From a virus: DNA of 39,379 nt. The translations under genes and the position numbers were made by a program. This document shows positions 1 through 9,000 of the stretch, piece by piece; the first letter of the stretch is position 1, and every line of letters begins with the position of its first letter. Location of the stretch: the UHGV virus genome UHGV-0141615; one strand, given 5' to 3'. The notes below the pieces were generated by a model, which was not told the origin of the DNA, did not search any database, and worked only from the letters and a program-made list of their open reading frames with translations.

Positions 1-65
1 GGTGACTTTAGGAGGTGACTTTAGGAGGTGACTTTAGGAGGTGACTTTAGGAGGTTGTAACAGAT
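1..65. repeat. Tandem array of a 13-bp unit GGTGACTTTAGGA (CCTCCTAAAGTCA on the gene strand), four copies here and two more at 39354-39379. It matches the CCTAAAG-type repeat region just inside the left terminal repeat of T7.
   Basis: Four exact 13-bp copies at 1-52, then GGTTGTAACAGAT. This is the reverse complement of the T7 left-end segment ATCTGTTACA..CCTCCTAAAGTCACC. Confidence 0.7.
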
Positions 66-213
66 AGGGACAAGAAGACACACTCAAAGGTAAACCCAAG
101 GGACCAACCCCAACCCTTAGGGACCCTCAAGGTCAACTGAAAGTTGACTTTTGGTGATTGGCTTGGCTTTAGGGACCCCCTATGGGGGAACTTTAGGTCC
201 GTACACTGTGAGA
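66..213. repeat. Terminal repeat (direct terminal redundancy), present once because the assembly collapsed the two copies. T7's repeat is 160 bp, and about 148 bp aligns here.
   Basis: The reverse complement reads TCTCACAGTGTACGGACCTAAAGTTCCCCCATAGGGGG...CTTGTCCCT, collinear with the T7 terminal repeat. The boundaries are inferred from T7, not from a second copy. Confidence 0.5.
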
Positions 214-452
214 TAGTCACTCAGATTTTTATGGTATATTTTAAAGGACCCTCTAGGGACTCCTTAGGCCCTCTCTAAGACCCTCTTTAGGTTCCACTGA
301 TAGGATGGCCTATCTTTAGGTATAGACCTTAGGATAGACCATTAGAGGCTCTTTATGGGTATACCTTAGGACTTGACTCTATAGGGATGAAGTGGTGTGA
401 TGCAATCATACCGCTGAATCCCTCGGTGAGCCATCAGTCGGTCAGTAAGACC
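214..452. repeat. Right-end non-coding region with dispersed CTTTAGG/CCTTAGG (CCTAAAG-like) repeats, involved in concatemer processing and packaging in T7.
   Basis: Several CCTAAAG/CCTAAGG motifs on the gene strand. The region is collinear with the T7 segment between gene 19.5 and the right terminal repeat. Confidence 0.55.
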
Positions 453-602
453 CTAATCGCTACAAGTGAGTATAGAGCAAACGGTAGACTCCAGTGAACT
501 GAGGTCTCCAGTAAGAGATGCGTACCCAAGGGCAGCACAAAGTACCACAAGAAACCGGTAGGTGACTCTATGCCGCAGTAGGTTCAACAATAAGCGGAAC
601 AT
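453..602 (-). CDS. 19.5: gene 19.5 protein, 49 aa (MFRLLLNLLRHRVTYRFLVVLCAALGYASLTGDLSS...)
   Basis: ATG at 600-602 is preceded by AAAGGGAGGAGACTC. The protein is near-identical to T7 gp19.5, and the position downstream of phiOR matches T7. Confidence 0.65.
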   Translation of the reverse strand: MFRLLLNLLRHRVTYRFLVVLCAALGYASLTGDLSSLESTVCSILTCSD

Positions 603-756
603 GAGTCTCCTCCCTTTATGTTGGACTTTAAGTTAAGGTGATATTAATACAATATAATCACCATCCTTAGAGGTCACTTTAGGTACACCACTATGCATAC
701 TTTATGCACTCTATAAGTATTCATTCAGTATCTATATAGTAACCTTTCGTCCCTCC

Positions 757-779
757 TCTCCCTATAGTGAGTCGTATTA
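757..779 (-). promoter_or_regulatory. T7 RNAP promoter phiOR, the right replication origin promoter (TAATACGACTCACTATAGGGAGAGG)
   Basis: Exact reverse complement of the 23-bp class III consensus. +1 G at 762. Confidence 0.9.
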
Positions 780-860
780 ATTTATTGTGTCTTTTCAGTA
801 ACTTAAAGAACTGACCATCCGTGGTCTATAGTGTATCCCTATGCAGTCCTAGTGCATAAA

Positions 861-2621
861 TCACCACTCAATGAAAGACGTACCGTAACCCTCATCGTCC
901 TCAGAGTATACATCAACTCCTCCTACAGACATCTCAATGATGTGGGTAGCAGACACTGTAGGACGCATCATGTGCTCCTCAAGGAAGTCAGCAAGCACTT
1001 CTCCTTCGATCTTAATGGAATCCAACTGCATGGACTCACGGAGATACTCAATGCCTAACGCAAGAGCATCCAATCGGTCATCGTGTGCCAGAGCGCCTTT
1101 CTCACGAGTGATACGGGTCATCTGATAGAACAGTGAATACTTAACGTCATGCTTACCGTCTACGTCACGAGCGGACTGGTAGTCGGCCCTAATGACCTCA
1201 TCACGAATGACAAGGCGGTGGGTCTGCATGACTGGCTCAAGGGTATCACAAATACGCATCTCCTTCATGCCACGAGCACGAATCTCTTCCATAGCACAGT
1301 TGTGGTGTTTAAGAAGGATAGGACTGAACACCTTACCAAACATACCGTCACCGAAGTTACTCTCATAGACAACCGTCTGGACTCCCCATTGCTTAGCTTT
1401 CTTAGCGAGCAACTCAAGGGTCTTATCGGAGTAACCATCACGGAAACCTCCAGCTTCCATTAGGTAGATGTAACCGTTCAGGGTGTACAGCACAGCGTAA
1501 CCTGTTTCGTCCTTACCGCGACCACTTGGGTCAATGACCATAATCTTCTGTTGATACTGACCAGAGTTATTGGAGCAGTCATGGTAGGTATGTAGGTCAT
1601 CACCCTTAAGGCCAACGTTAGGAAGGTCCTCAATGATGTTCTGACGGTTCGGAAGCCATTGGTAATGCATTGGTGCCTTCTCTAAGTCTAAGGCCGCTAC
1701 GATAGCGTCACGGAGCCTCAGAGGGTACTTCTCGGCATCACTCAGGTTCGGGTTAAGCATGAACTGTAACGTAAAGCCAGCCTTACCGTATTCCAACTCA
1801 CGTTCACGGAGGTCATCACGGTCGAATCGCACAGGGTCTGTTGGAGTCCCAGCGAGTGCCTCAGGGTTCTCATCGTACTCAGCACGTAGCATAGGAGCAA
1901 GACGTTGTGAGTAATAGAGGTTCTCTTCACGAGTCCTTGGGTACAAGGCAGGCCAGATGATAGTGGTATATCCACGGTTATCCTCAAGTTCCTTATAGAG
2001 AGTCATCTCCGTCTGAGGTGTTCCAAGGTAGATAACGCGAGAGGAAGGTAGAGGTTTAAGTAACGCAGCGAACTCCTGAACCAGCGTCCATAGCTTCTCA
2101 CGGGCACCCATAGTCGCACTGTTAGACGGAATCTCAACGTCATCCGCAATGATAATGTCAGCACGGCTACCAGTTAACTGACCAGTGATACCTACCGATT
2201 TCACACTAGGAGAGTGGTCAGGGTTAGCCGGACCTACATCAAAGCTGATTACAGAATCACGCTGTCCGGGCCTTGGCTTCAACTCAGTAAGGAACGGGAG
2301 TAGGTCAATGATGTTCTTAATAAAGATGGAGTTAGCGTCTGCACGTTCCTTAGAGGCTGATACAATAAGTATCTTCAACTGAGGGTCTCTCCATAAGGAC
2401 CACACAACGAACGCACATGTGATGAACGACTTACCGATACCACGGAAAGCCTGTAGGATGAACTTCTTGTTGTCTCCATTCGCCAGCACCTTAGCCATGT
2501 CAATCTGACACTTAGTGGGCACCGGAAGGTTTAATGCCTTCCATAAGACGAACAGGAACGCCACGAAGTCTCCTTTCAGTTGCGCCACTACGAGCGCGTT
2601 ACGGTTGGATTGAGTAGACAC
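861..2621 (-). CDS. 19: DNA maturase B, the terminase large subunit, 586 aa
   Basis: Full-length ORF, last gene of the late operon, T7 gp19-like throughout. Confidence 0.95.
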   Translation of the reverse strand: MSTQSNRNALVVAQLKGDFVAFLFVLWKALNLPVPTKCQIDMAKVLANGDNKKFILQAFRGIGKSFITCAFVVWSLWRDPQLKILIVSASKERADANSIFIKNIIDLLPFLTELKPRPGQRDSVISFDVGPANPDHSPSVKSVGITGQLTGSRADIIIADDVEIPSNSATMGAREKLWTLVQEFAALLKPLPSSRVIYLGTPQTEMTLYKELEDNRGYTTIIWPALYPRTREENLYYSQRLAPMLRAEYDENPEALAGTPTDPVRFDRDDLRERELEYGKAGFTLQFMLNPNLSDAEKYPLRLRDAIVAALDLEKAPMHYQWLPNRQNIIEDLPNVGLKGDDLHTYHDCSNNSGQYQQKIMVIDPSGRGKDETGYAVLYTLNGYIYLMEAGGFRDGYSDKTLELLAKKAKQWGVQTVVYESNFGDGMFGKVFSPILLKHHNCAMEEIRARGMKEMRICDTLEPVMQTHRLVIRDEVIRADYQSARDVDGKHDVKYSLFYQMTRITREKGALAHDDRLDALALGIEYLRESMQLDSIKIEGEVLADFLEEHMMRPTVSATHIIEMSVGGVDVYSEDDEGYGTSFIEW

Positions 2622-2630
2622 GTTACCTCC

Positions 2631-3074
2631 TTACTTGATTTCCTGCTTACGTTGCAGTTCACGGATAGTATCCTGTAACGCACGAATCCATGCGTCACCT
2701 CTCTGGGTCACTGCGAGAATACGCTTAGCATCTCGGTCGTCAAGTTCGGCTCGACCATCAGGCTCGAATCCACACTGACCATCGGAGGTTCCGGTAGGTT
2801 TGACTCTGACGCGCAGCCGCTTATTGTCGCTACGCAAATCAGAAATAATCCTATCAGTGCTCCCTTCCAGCGCGGCAATGTCTTCTTGATACTTAGCCGA
2901 TATTTCATTGATTGCTCTTTGAGTGCTCGCCGTAGCCGCAACTCTCTTAACGTACTCATTGTGTACCTCCTGTTTCCATTTAGCGGCCATTGAGTCTGAC
3001 CCTAGATGCCACCCTAATCCGAATAGCATCCCAGCGAGAACCCAAGGGATTAGCTTACGTAAAAATTCCAGCAT
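2631..3074 (-). CDS. 18.5: gp18.5, Rz-like i-spanin, 147 aa
   Basis: MLEFLRKLIPWVLAGMLFGLGWHLG... has an N-terminal TM segment and matches T7 gp18.5. Confidence 0.9.
   Translation of the reverse strand: MLEFLRKLIPWVLAGMLFGLGWHLGSDSMAAKWKQEVHNEYVKRVAATASTQRAINEISAKYQEDIAALEGSTDRIISDLRSDNKRLRVRVKPTGTSDGQCGFEPDGRAELDDRDAKRILAVTQRGDAWIRALQDTIRELQRKQEIK
2708..2959 (-). CDS. 18.7: gp18.7, Rz1-like o-spanin lipoprotein, 83 aa, embedded in the +1 frame of 18.5
   Basis: ORF nested in gene 18.5. It has a lipobox-like LICVATISGC and matches T7 gp18.7 (83 aa). Confidence 0.8.
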   Translation of the reverse strand: MSTLRELRLRRALKEQSMKYRLSIKKTLPRWKGALIGLFLICVATISGCASESNLPEPPMVSVDSSLMVEPNLTTEMLSVFSQ

Positions 3075-3119
3075 AATGCCTCCCGTTAACTTTCAGATTT
3101 CACGTAGGAGCATCTCGTA

Positions 3120-3175
3120 TAGACAATGACATCCATAAAGGCCACCCGTAGGAGACCTTGAGTATATCACTGTAG
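3120..3175 (-). promoter_or_regulatory. RNase III processing hairpin R18.5
   Basis: GGCCACCCGTAGGAGACCTTGAGT with the shared RNase III site core (GGCCAC...CCTTGAGT) seen at the other sites. Confidence 0.5.
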
Positions 3176-3436
3176 CGTATAAATATCGTCATCAGTTAGA
3201 CCATTGTCACCGACTTTCTCTTTGTACTCTTCAAGAGCACCAGCAAGGCCACCCAAGATGTGAACATCCGGTTGTAACTTACCAATCTGGAACTTGTGGC
3301 GGTCTAACAGTTTGTTGATGGCGTTATAGAGTTGTGGGGAACGACGCTTAGGGTCAGCAAGGTCCGCAAGCATACGCTGAGCCATCGCAGTATCCAACAT
3401 CTCTAAGAATGTAATAAGGCTCTTATCCTTTTCCAT
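3167..3436 (-). CDS. 18: DNA maturase A, the terminase small subunit, 89 aa
   Basis: MEKDKSLITFLEMLDTAMAQRMLADL... matches T7 gp18. SD AAGGAG lies 8 nt upstream of the ATG at 3436. The ORF track extends 3 codons further from a GTG. Confidence 0.85.
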   Translation of the reverse strand: MEKDKSLITFLEMLDTAMAQRMLADLADPKRRSPQLYNAINKLLDRHKFQIGKLQPDVHILGGLAGALEEYKEKVGDNGLTDDDIYTLQ

Positions 3437-3441
3437 ACGTA

Positions 3442-3645
3442 TCACTCCTTATTGGCTCTCTTCCAGTCAATCATCTTATCGACTACCTTGGCACCAATCT
3501 GAACCACTGTGTAGGCGATAGCGGCAACGTAGAACCACTCATTAAGACTCAGCCCGAAGAACAGCCTCGCAGCGCCATCAGCCACACCTGTACCAACAAT
3601 AGGTGCAGCTTTGACTAACTCATTGTTAAAATCTAAAGACAACAT
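3442..3645 (-). CDS. 17.5: type II holin, 67 aa
   Basis: MLSLDFNNELVKAAPIVGTGVADG... matches T7 gp17.5. SD GGAGGA. Confidence 0.9.
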   Translation of the reverse strand: MLSLDFNNELVKAAPIVGTGVADGAARLFFGLSLNEWFYVAAIAYTVVQIGAKVVDKMIDWKRANKE

Positions 3646-3695
3646 GTGTCCTCCTTGTAAGAGTCCTTCCGTGGACTACACGTCTTTCCTTGGGG

Positions 3696-4217
3696 TTACT
3701 CAGTAGGCTTTTTAGGCCACTTGATGTTATCTAGTTCAGATAAATCCACGTTGTATACAGCCAGTCTGTATGCTCTCCACTCTTTAAGGATAGCCGAAAC
3801 GTCCTCACCGAGTTCTTCAAAGTCTCGATACATGCTGATTTTCTCACCAGCAGTCTTAAGTAAGTGCTCCTTAAGTGCTTGGTAGTGCAAAGGGTTTGGA
3901 ACCACTTTAGACCCATCAAATCGATATTGATTGTTTGTGTCTCGACGTAAACCATCAGGCACTTCTTCTAGCTCAACAACTCCAGCCATACCATTCGGAC
4001 ACAGTTCGTTCACGTCTTTCTCACACTGAAATACCGTACCATCTTGACTATATACAACCTTGAACGTATTCTCTTGGAACATCTCCCGAACGTCATACCA
4101 ATCACGCCCTTGGTCATCCATTTCGAACCCTACTCCATTCTCAATGAGGTCCGCATAATCAGGTCTATCGGTAACTGTCGGTCGATATTGTCGTGGATTC
4201 TTAAAGTGCTGTAACAT
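3696..4217 (-). CDS. Tail fibre assembly protein, a Tfa-like chaperone (lambda Tfa, Mu U and T4 gp38 N-domain family), 173 aa. T7 has no such gene.
   Basis: Inserted between gene 17 and gene 17.5, which are adjacent in T7. The C-terminus ILKEWRAYRLAVYNVDLSELDNIKWPKKP matches the conserved Tfa motif EWxxYRxxLxxVDxSxxPDIxWPxxP (lambda Tfa ends [25 protein letters not shown]). It is translationally coupled to gene 17 (AGGAGACATTATG, 9 nt after the gene 17 stop). Confidence 0.8.
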   Translation of the reverse strand: MLQHFKNPRQYRPTVTDRPDYADLIENGVGFEMDDQGRDWYDVREMFQENTFKVVYSQDGTVFQCEKDVNELCPNGMAGVVELEEVPDGLRRDTNNQYRFDGSKVVPNPLHYQALKEHLLKTAGEKISMYRDFEELGEDVSAILKEWRAYRLAVYNVDLSELDNIKWPKKPTE

Positions 4218-4226
4218 AATGTCTCC

Positions 4227-5966
4227 TTAGTAAATGTTATAGGCTGAGCCATTGGGTCTTACATACTGCATTACTCGCCACTGGACACCATCTGGAAGGT
4301 CATCAGAGTTAAAGTTCACTACACCAGTAACAACTTTACCACCTCCATCACTAACTCCCTTACCTCGCCATAATGTGGATGTCTGTAGAGAACCCATGTT
4401 GATTTGCTTTACTGTGTTCTCTTCAATCCACTGTTTAATCCACTTGCCACCCCATACGGAACCTGTTAAGTTACCATCTGACGCAATCAACCACCCCTTA
4501 TTGCTAGACAATTGTCCTTGAATAGTAATTGTAAGGGTGTGCTCACTACCACGATCCCCCTTGAGTTGGATAATACCCTCATGGAAGTTGCTGTCGCCCT
4601 TGGATACCATACCGATGGAGAATGCCGCCGGATAACCATTCGAGCGTCTACCATATTGTTTAATCATAGGGTAGTATACGTTACCGTCCTGATTTCCTGG
4701 GAGGCTTTGAGAGTAAGGGGCATTGTTGTTCAACTGGTTTGCTAACGCTCCTGCCCCATAAGTTGACTCAGTGTAGAATCTCTCGTCAGTCCTAATATAC
4801 TTAGAGACTCGAAGGTACCCATCCATAGAGACGTTCTGGTAGAATCGAGAGTCATGGTGAGAGTGGAACCCCCCATAGAAGTCATGACGACCATGACCAT
4901 TGGAGCGACCATCAGGCCACGTAGAAGGGTCTGTATTTGTAAACACATAGTAGTCCATGCGTTTTGGACCAGCCTGAATCCACTGTTCCCATACGGTCTC
5001 CTTAGAGTCCTGTCCACGCCACTGGTTCCACACTTGGTCAACTGGTTTAGTATCCGCACCTTTAGCGTCATTGTGGATCGTTAAAGAACGAGAGCCTACC
5101 TTACCTTTAAAGTAGACATCAGTAGACTCAACCCTGTCAATCGTACCAGCCAGTGCGTTCCAGTTACCCAACTTATCTACCTCTGTCTTTGCGCGGTCAG
5201 CTTCACTCTTTGCGCTATTAGCATGAGTCAAAGCGTTAGTCTCAGAGGTCTTAGCGTTAGTCTCAGAGGTCTTAGCGTTAACCTCAGAATTTCTCGCAGC
5301 AGTCTGTGAGTTACCCGCTTGTGTCTTGAACTGTTCGGCCTCATTGCGGAACTGTAGAGCTTCGTTTCGGAATCTCTCGGACTCGTTACGTTTAGTTGTA
5401 GAGATTCCGGCCTGTTCCTTAGAGGTGTTCTTGAACTGCTCAGCTTCGTCACGATACTGCTTAGCTTTATTCTGCGCATCCCAAGCGTTCTGGTTCATGG
5501 CCTTAAGTTGACCAAAAGGAACAGCGTCTCGGTCATCCACAGCGTTCGCTAGGTTCACAATTCGACGACCACGCGCATCCAAGTGACCATCGTTATTGAC
5601 ACCGATAGTATCAGCAGTAAGGTCACGGGCCTCTTCCGCTACGTGCATCGTTTGAATCTGAGCAACGTTAAGGTCATATGCACGGAGGATTGAGCCGTCC
5701 GTAAAGTCAACCAAGCGGTCGGTCGTGGATGTTACTCGCCGTAACTCGATGGTCGTGTAGCCATCGGCTGTACCCCAAGCCTTGGTCAGTGAGATGGTAG
5801 TACGCGTAGCAAAGCGATAGTCTGTATTAAGTGTAAGGACCTTACGGTCTACGCCGATAAGAGTCACCACTACGAACTTACGGGCTAGATACTCAAACGG
5901 GATGTTAAAATCACGAGTTGAGCCATCTAACGGGTAAGTCAAAACGGTTTTAATTACGTTAGCCAT
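4227..5966 (-). CDS. 17: Tail fibre protein, 579 aa, chimeric. The N-terminal tail-attachment domain and coiled-coil shaft are T7 gp17-like up to about aa 290. The C-terminal half of about 290 aa is unrelated to T7 gp17 and looks like a side-tail-fibre tip.
   Basis: MANVIKTVLTYPLDGSTRDFNIPFEYLARKFVV... is collinear with T7 gp17 through ...LAGTIDRVESTDVYFKG. From there to the end (including GHGRHDFYGGFHSHHDSRFY) there is no resemblance to the T7 gp17 tip (553 aa). Confidence 0.9.
   Translation of the reverse strand: MANVIKTVLTYPLDGSTRDFNIPFEYLARKFVVVTLIGVDRKVLTLNTDYRFATRTTISLTKAWGTADGYTTIELRRVTSTTDRLVDFTDGSILRAYDLNVAQIQTMHVAEEARDLTADTIGVNNDGHLDARGRRIVNLANAVDDRDAVPFGQLKAMNQNAWDAQNKAKQYRDEAEQFKNTSKEQAGISTTKRNESERFRNEALQFRNEAEQFKTQAGNSQTAARNSEVNAKTSETNAKTSETNALTHANSAKSEADRAKTEVDKLGNWNALAGTIDRVESTDVYFKGKVGSRSLTIHNDAKGADTKPVDQVWNQWRGQDSKETVWEQWIQAGPKRMDYYVFTNTDPSTWPDGRSNGHGRHDFYGGFHSHHDSRFYQNVSMDGYLRVSKYIRTDERFYTESTYGAGALANQLNNNAPYSQSLPGNQDGNVYYPMIKQYGRRSNGYPAAFSIGMVSKGDSNFHEGIIQLKGDRGSEHTLTITIQGQLSSNKGWLIASDGNLTGSVWGGKWIKQWIEENTVKQINMGSLQTSTLWRGKGVSDGGGKVVTGVVNFNSDDLPDGVQWRVMQYVRPNGSAYNIY
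5228..5290 (-). repeat. Perfect 21-bp tandem duplication (GCGTTAGTCTCAGAGGTCTTA, two copies plus a partial) inside the gene 17 shaft, encoding NAKTSET-NAKTSET-NA
   Basis: Direct reading of 5236-5283. The adjacent FRNEALQFRNEAEQFK repeats are also visible. Confidence 0.8.
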
Positions 5967-6017
5967 TTGACCTCCTTAAAGTAAACTAAGAGACTACAGG
6001 GAGAAGATTCTTTCGCC

Positions 6018-6040
6018 TCTCCCTATAGTGAGTCGTATTA
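6018..6040 (-). promoter_or_regulatory. T7 RNAP promoter phi17
   Basis: Exact reverse complement of TAATACGACTCACTATAGGGAGA. +1 at 6023. It overlaps the 3' end of gene 16 as in T7. Confidence 0.9.
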
Positions 6041-9000
6041 TTTCCTACGTTCCCTCAAGTTAACACCATTGGCCTCATAAATCTTAATCACAAGCTGTTG
6101 AGTAAGAGGGTCGTTAGGTACTAACTCCTTGGTAGAGTTCATCAAGCCAGTCATGAAGTCCTGCTCGGTTGCTTTGTTAGGTGAGTTGACCACGCCAGCA
6201 GCATTCATTAAGGTAGCCCCTACGTTAGCCACAAAGCCAGCAGAAGGCATCTGTTCCAGTAGGTTTGACCCCATAGCTCCCATTACCTCTCTAGAGGTGT
6301 ACGGTTTGTTTGGGTCACGTTCCTTCATGGTGTCCTTAGGTAGAATCGTAGAGCGAGCCATCTTGGAGGACTCGAACCCTAAGACACCACCCACTAGGTC
6401 AGCCATAGCTAAAGGAGCACCCAATTGAGAACTACGAGACAACGAAGCGTGGGCAATCATGGTTGGGTCCAATGCACGCTCCAAGTATTCTTTACGTTTC
6501 TCCTTAGGCATCCCATATGCTTTGACGTGTGCAGCCATCGCGTAGTAACCCCCAGCGAGACCCATAGAGATGATACCAGTCAACGCAGCGTCAATCGCTC
6601 GGTTGTTCTTGTACCCATCGTAGAAGGTTCGCAGGAACTTAGAGTTAAGGGACTTGATAGTGAAAGACTTAAACTGCATAACCATTTTACCTAATGCTCC
6701 GAACGCATGGGAATCCTGTAAGGACACCTTGTGCGGACGCAGCATTGCCTCATCAGCTACCTTGTCAGCCAGTCGCCATAAGTCCATAGCACGAGGGTCC
6801 ATAGAGAACGCTTGCTTATCCTTGACAGTAAACTTCCCGTCCTCACCACGTACCATATGTTCCTTGATGAGAGACTTGATGCCAGCCATCTGCTCAGGAG
6901 TTACGGAGGCACCACGAAGGAATCCTTCTTTCTCCCAGCGGGTAGTCTTGCCTGTTAGGGTGGCGCTAATAACGTCCCCAAGCATACCTTGACGAGCAGC
7001 ATCCAGAAGGTAGTTAGTGGTTCCGTTCAGCAACTTAGTCCACGGAGAGCGAGCAGCCAGTTCCTGTGTGGAATACTTCAAGGTCCCTACGATGTTCGCC
7101 ACAGCAGGCCCGGTATCAGTTGCTTCCCTTAGGCGCTGCACAATGTCAGCACGTTTAGGACGAATCAACTGGTCCACCTCCTTCCCGAACAGAGACGCAT
7201 GGAGTTCCTTAAGTTCCTTAGCGGAGACTGGTTTAGACTTGTAGAGTGTATCGCGCAGAATTGGGATACCGTGACCGAGAGCACGCACGTTACCAGTGGC
7301 AATCATCCCAGCAATCTCCGTAAGGTTCTGAGCACCCATGTAGGCGTTCTTAGCGAAGAACCCTAGGTCATTGATGGAACGCAGTGAGGTTTCCCACACA
7401 GTGTCCTGATTACGTCTAGCACGACCAGTGAGAATCTTAACGGTATCCATTAGAGCATGAACCTCGCCAGTCTTCTTACCGTCACCCTCAGCTTTCGCTT
7501 TGAGAGCCAAAATCTCATCCTTAAGTTCCTTAGTGGTTTTACCAGTAGACCCCATGATGGCGATGTCACCATTGACACGGCGGTCATACGCTGGCATGAT
7601 TCGGAACATATCGAAGTCCCTCAGGTCGTTCACTGAGAATTGCTGTCCGTCTGGCATCGTGATGGATAGGTCCGAATCGAACAAGTTACGTGCCTCAAGG
7701 AATGAGTTGTTCTCAATACCTACTAACCCCTCAATGTTCTCTTCGATTATGGAACTGTTTGTGAACTGGTCTGAGTGGGAGATACCGTAAGCCTTATCCA
7801 TAGCATACTTCTCTACCATCTCTGGCGTTACTTCCTTCACCCCGTGTACTTCCTTAAGCATCTCATCGACTCGGGCCTTGACCTCAGGTCTGGAGATGTA
7901 GCTGTTCATCCATGAGCGAGCAATACCTTCCTGTAAACCTTCGGCACCGTAGCGTTGAATCATCAGTGCTTTAGCGTGACGGTCGTAAACGTGCGGGACG
8001 TAGGTTCCCTTGTGACGACTCTCAGGGAAGATGCTCACAGCCTTCGTATTACCGAAGATTGCGGGATTCTCCATGAGTTCACGCTTGGTGTCAAAGTGAC
8101 GCTTAATGATGTCCATAACGGTTCTCTCAGACGGGGTTAGTGCCCTCTGTAGTTCTGGACGCTCAATGGCTAGTGCCGCTCTACGATAGATAGTATAGCG
8201 AGCTTCTTCGCGAGACATCTTAGCACCACCAGTAGAGAACTCAGGGTCTTTCATAGCGTCAGACATTGCTTTGTACAAGCCATTATAAGTACGCTGGTCA
8301 GTACCATGAAGTCTCTCATGGATGTCAGAAGCTGTCGCACCGAACTTACCGGAGGCACCAGACTGCATACCAGTAGGAGAGCGAACGAGGTCGATAGCCA
8401 CTCTACGAATGTCAGCATCGTCAGACCCCAAGGTCTTCAAGCCAATCTCAGTGAACCCAGCAAGTTTGATTCCTCGTGCAGCCTTCTCAGGGTCAACCTC
8501 GGAGAACTCTTGGAGGGTCTTAGGGTTGATTGGGTTGCTTGCACTTAGAACGGAGCCATCATGTAACACCACAGCGCCCCTCTCGGTCGGTAAGTCCTCA
8601 TAAGGGACACCATTATGTTCACCTTCAAACTTCATGTTCTCAGTGTTCATACGAGAGAGGTCCGCAGAGTTGGCGTTGCGTGCTGTCTCACGGGCTTCCA
8701 TTCGCATCATGGGACCAATGAACTCATTATCGAACTCAGCTTCTGGCTTATTACGTTTCAGCCCAGCGGCTACAGCGTCACTGATTGCGGACATACCAGC
8801 ACCAAATACAAAGCCACCTAAGGCCGCACCAGCATAGTCTGTGTCACCACCAGCTACGGAGGTACGGAGACCTTCGGATGCAACGTTCAGCGCAGCACTT
8901 TCGGCACCAACTACAAGGGCCTTATTGACTAATTTAAAGCCCTTACCAGTGACACCGACCATTGGAACATAGCTAAGAGGGTCCACGCCAGCACCGATAA

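Noticed and set aside
1-52. Short direct repeats at both window ends as a possible CRISPR array or attachment site
   Set aside because: Units are 13 bp with no spacers. They are the CCTAAAG-family terminal processing repeats of T7-like phages. The window-end identity reflects circular assembly.
3731-3955. 74-aa ORF nested in the Tfa-like gene
   Set aside because: Alternative frame of a well-supported gene, with no independent signal.
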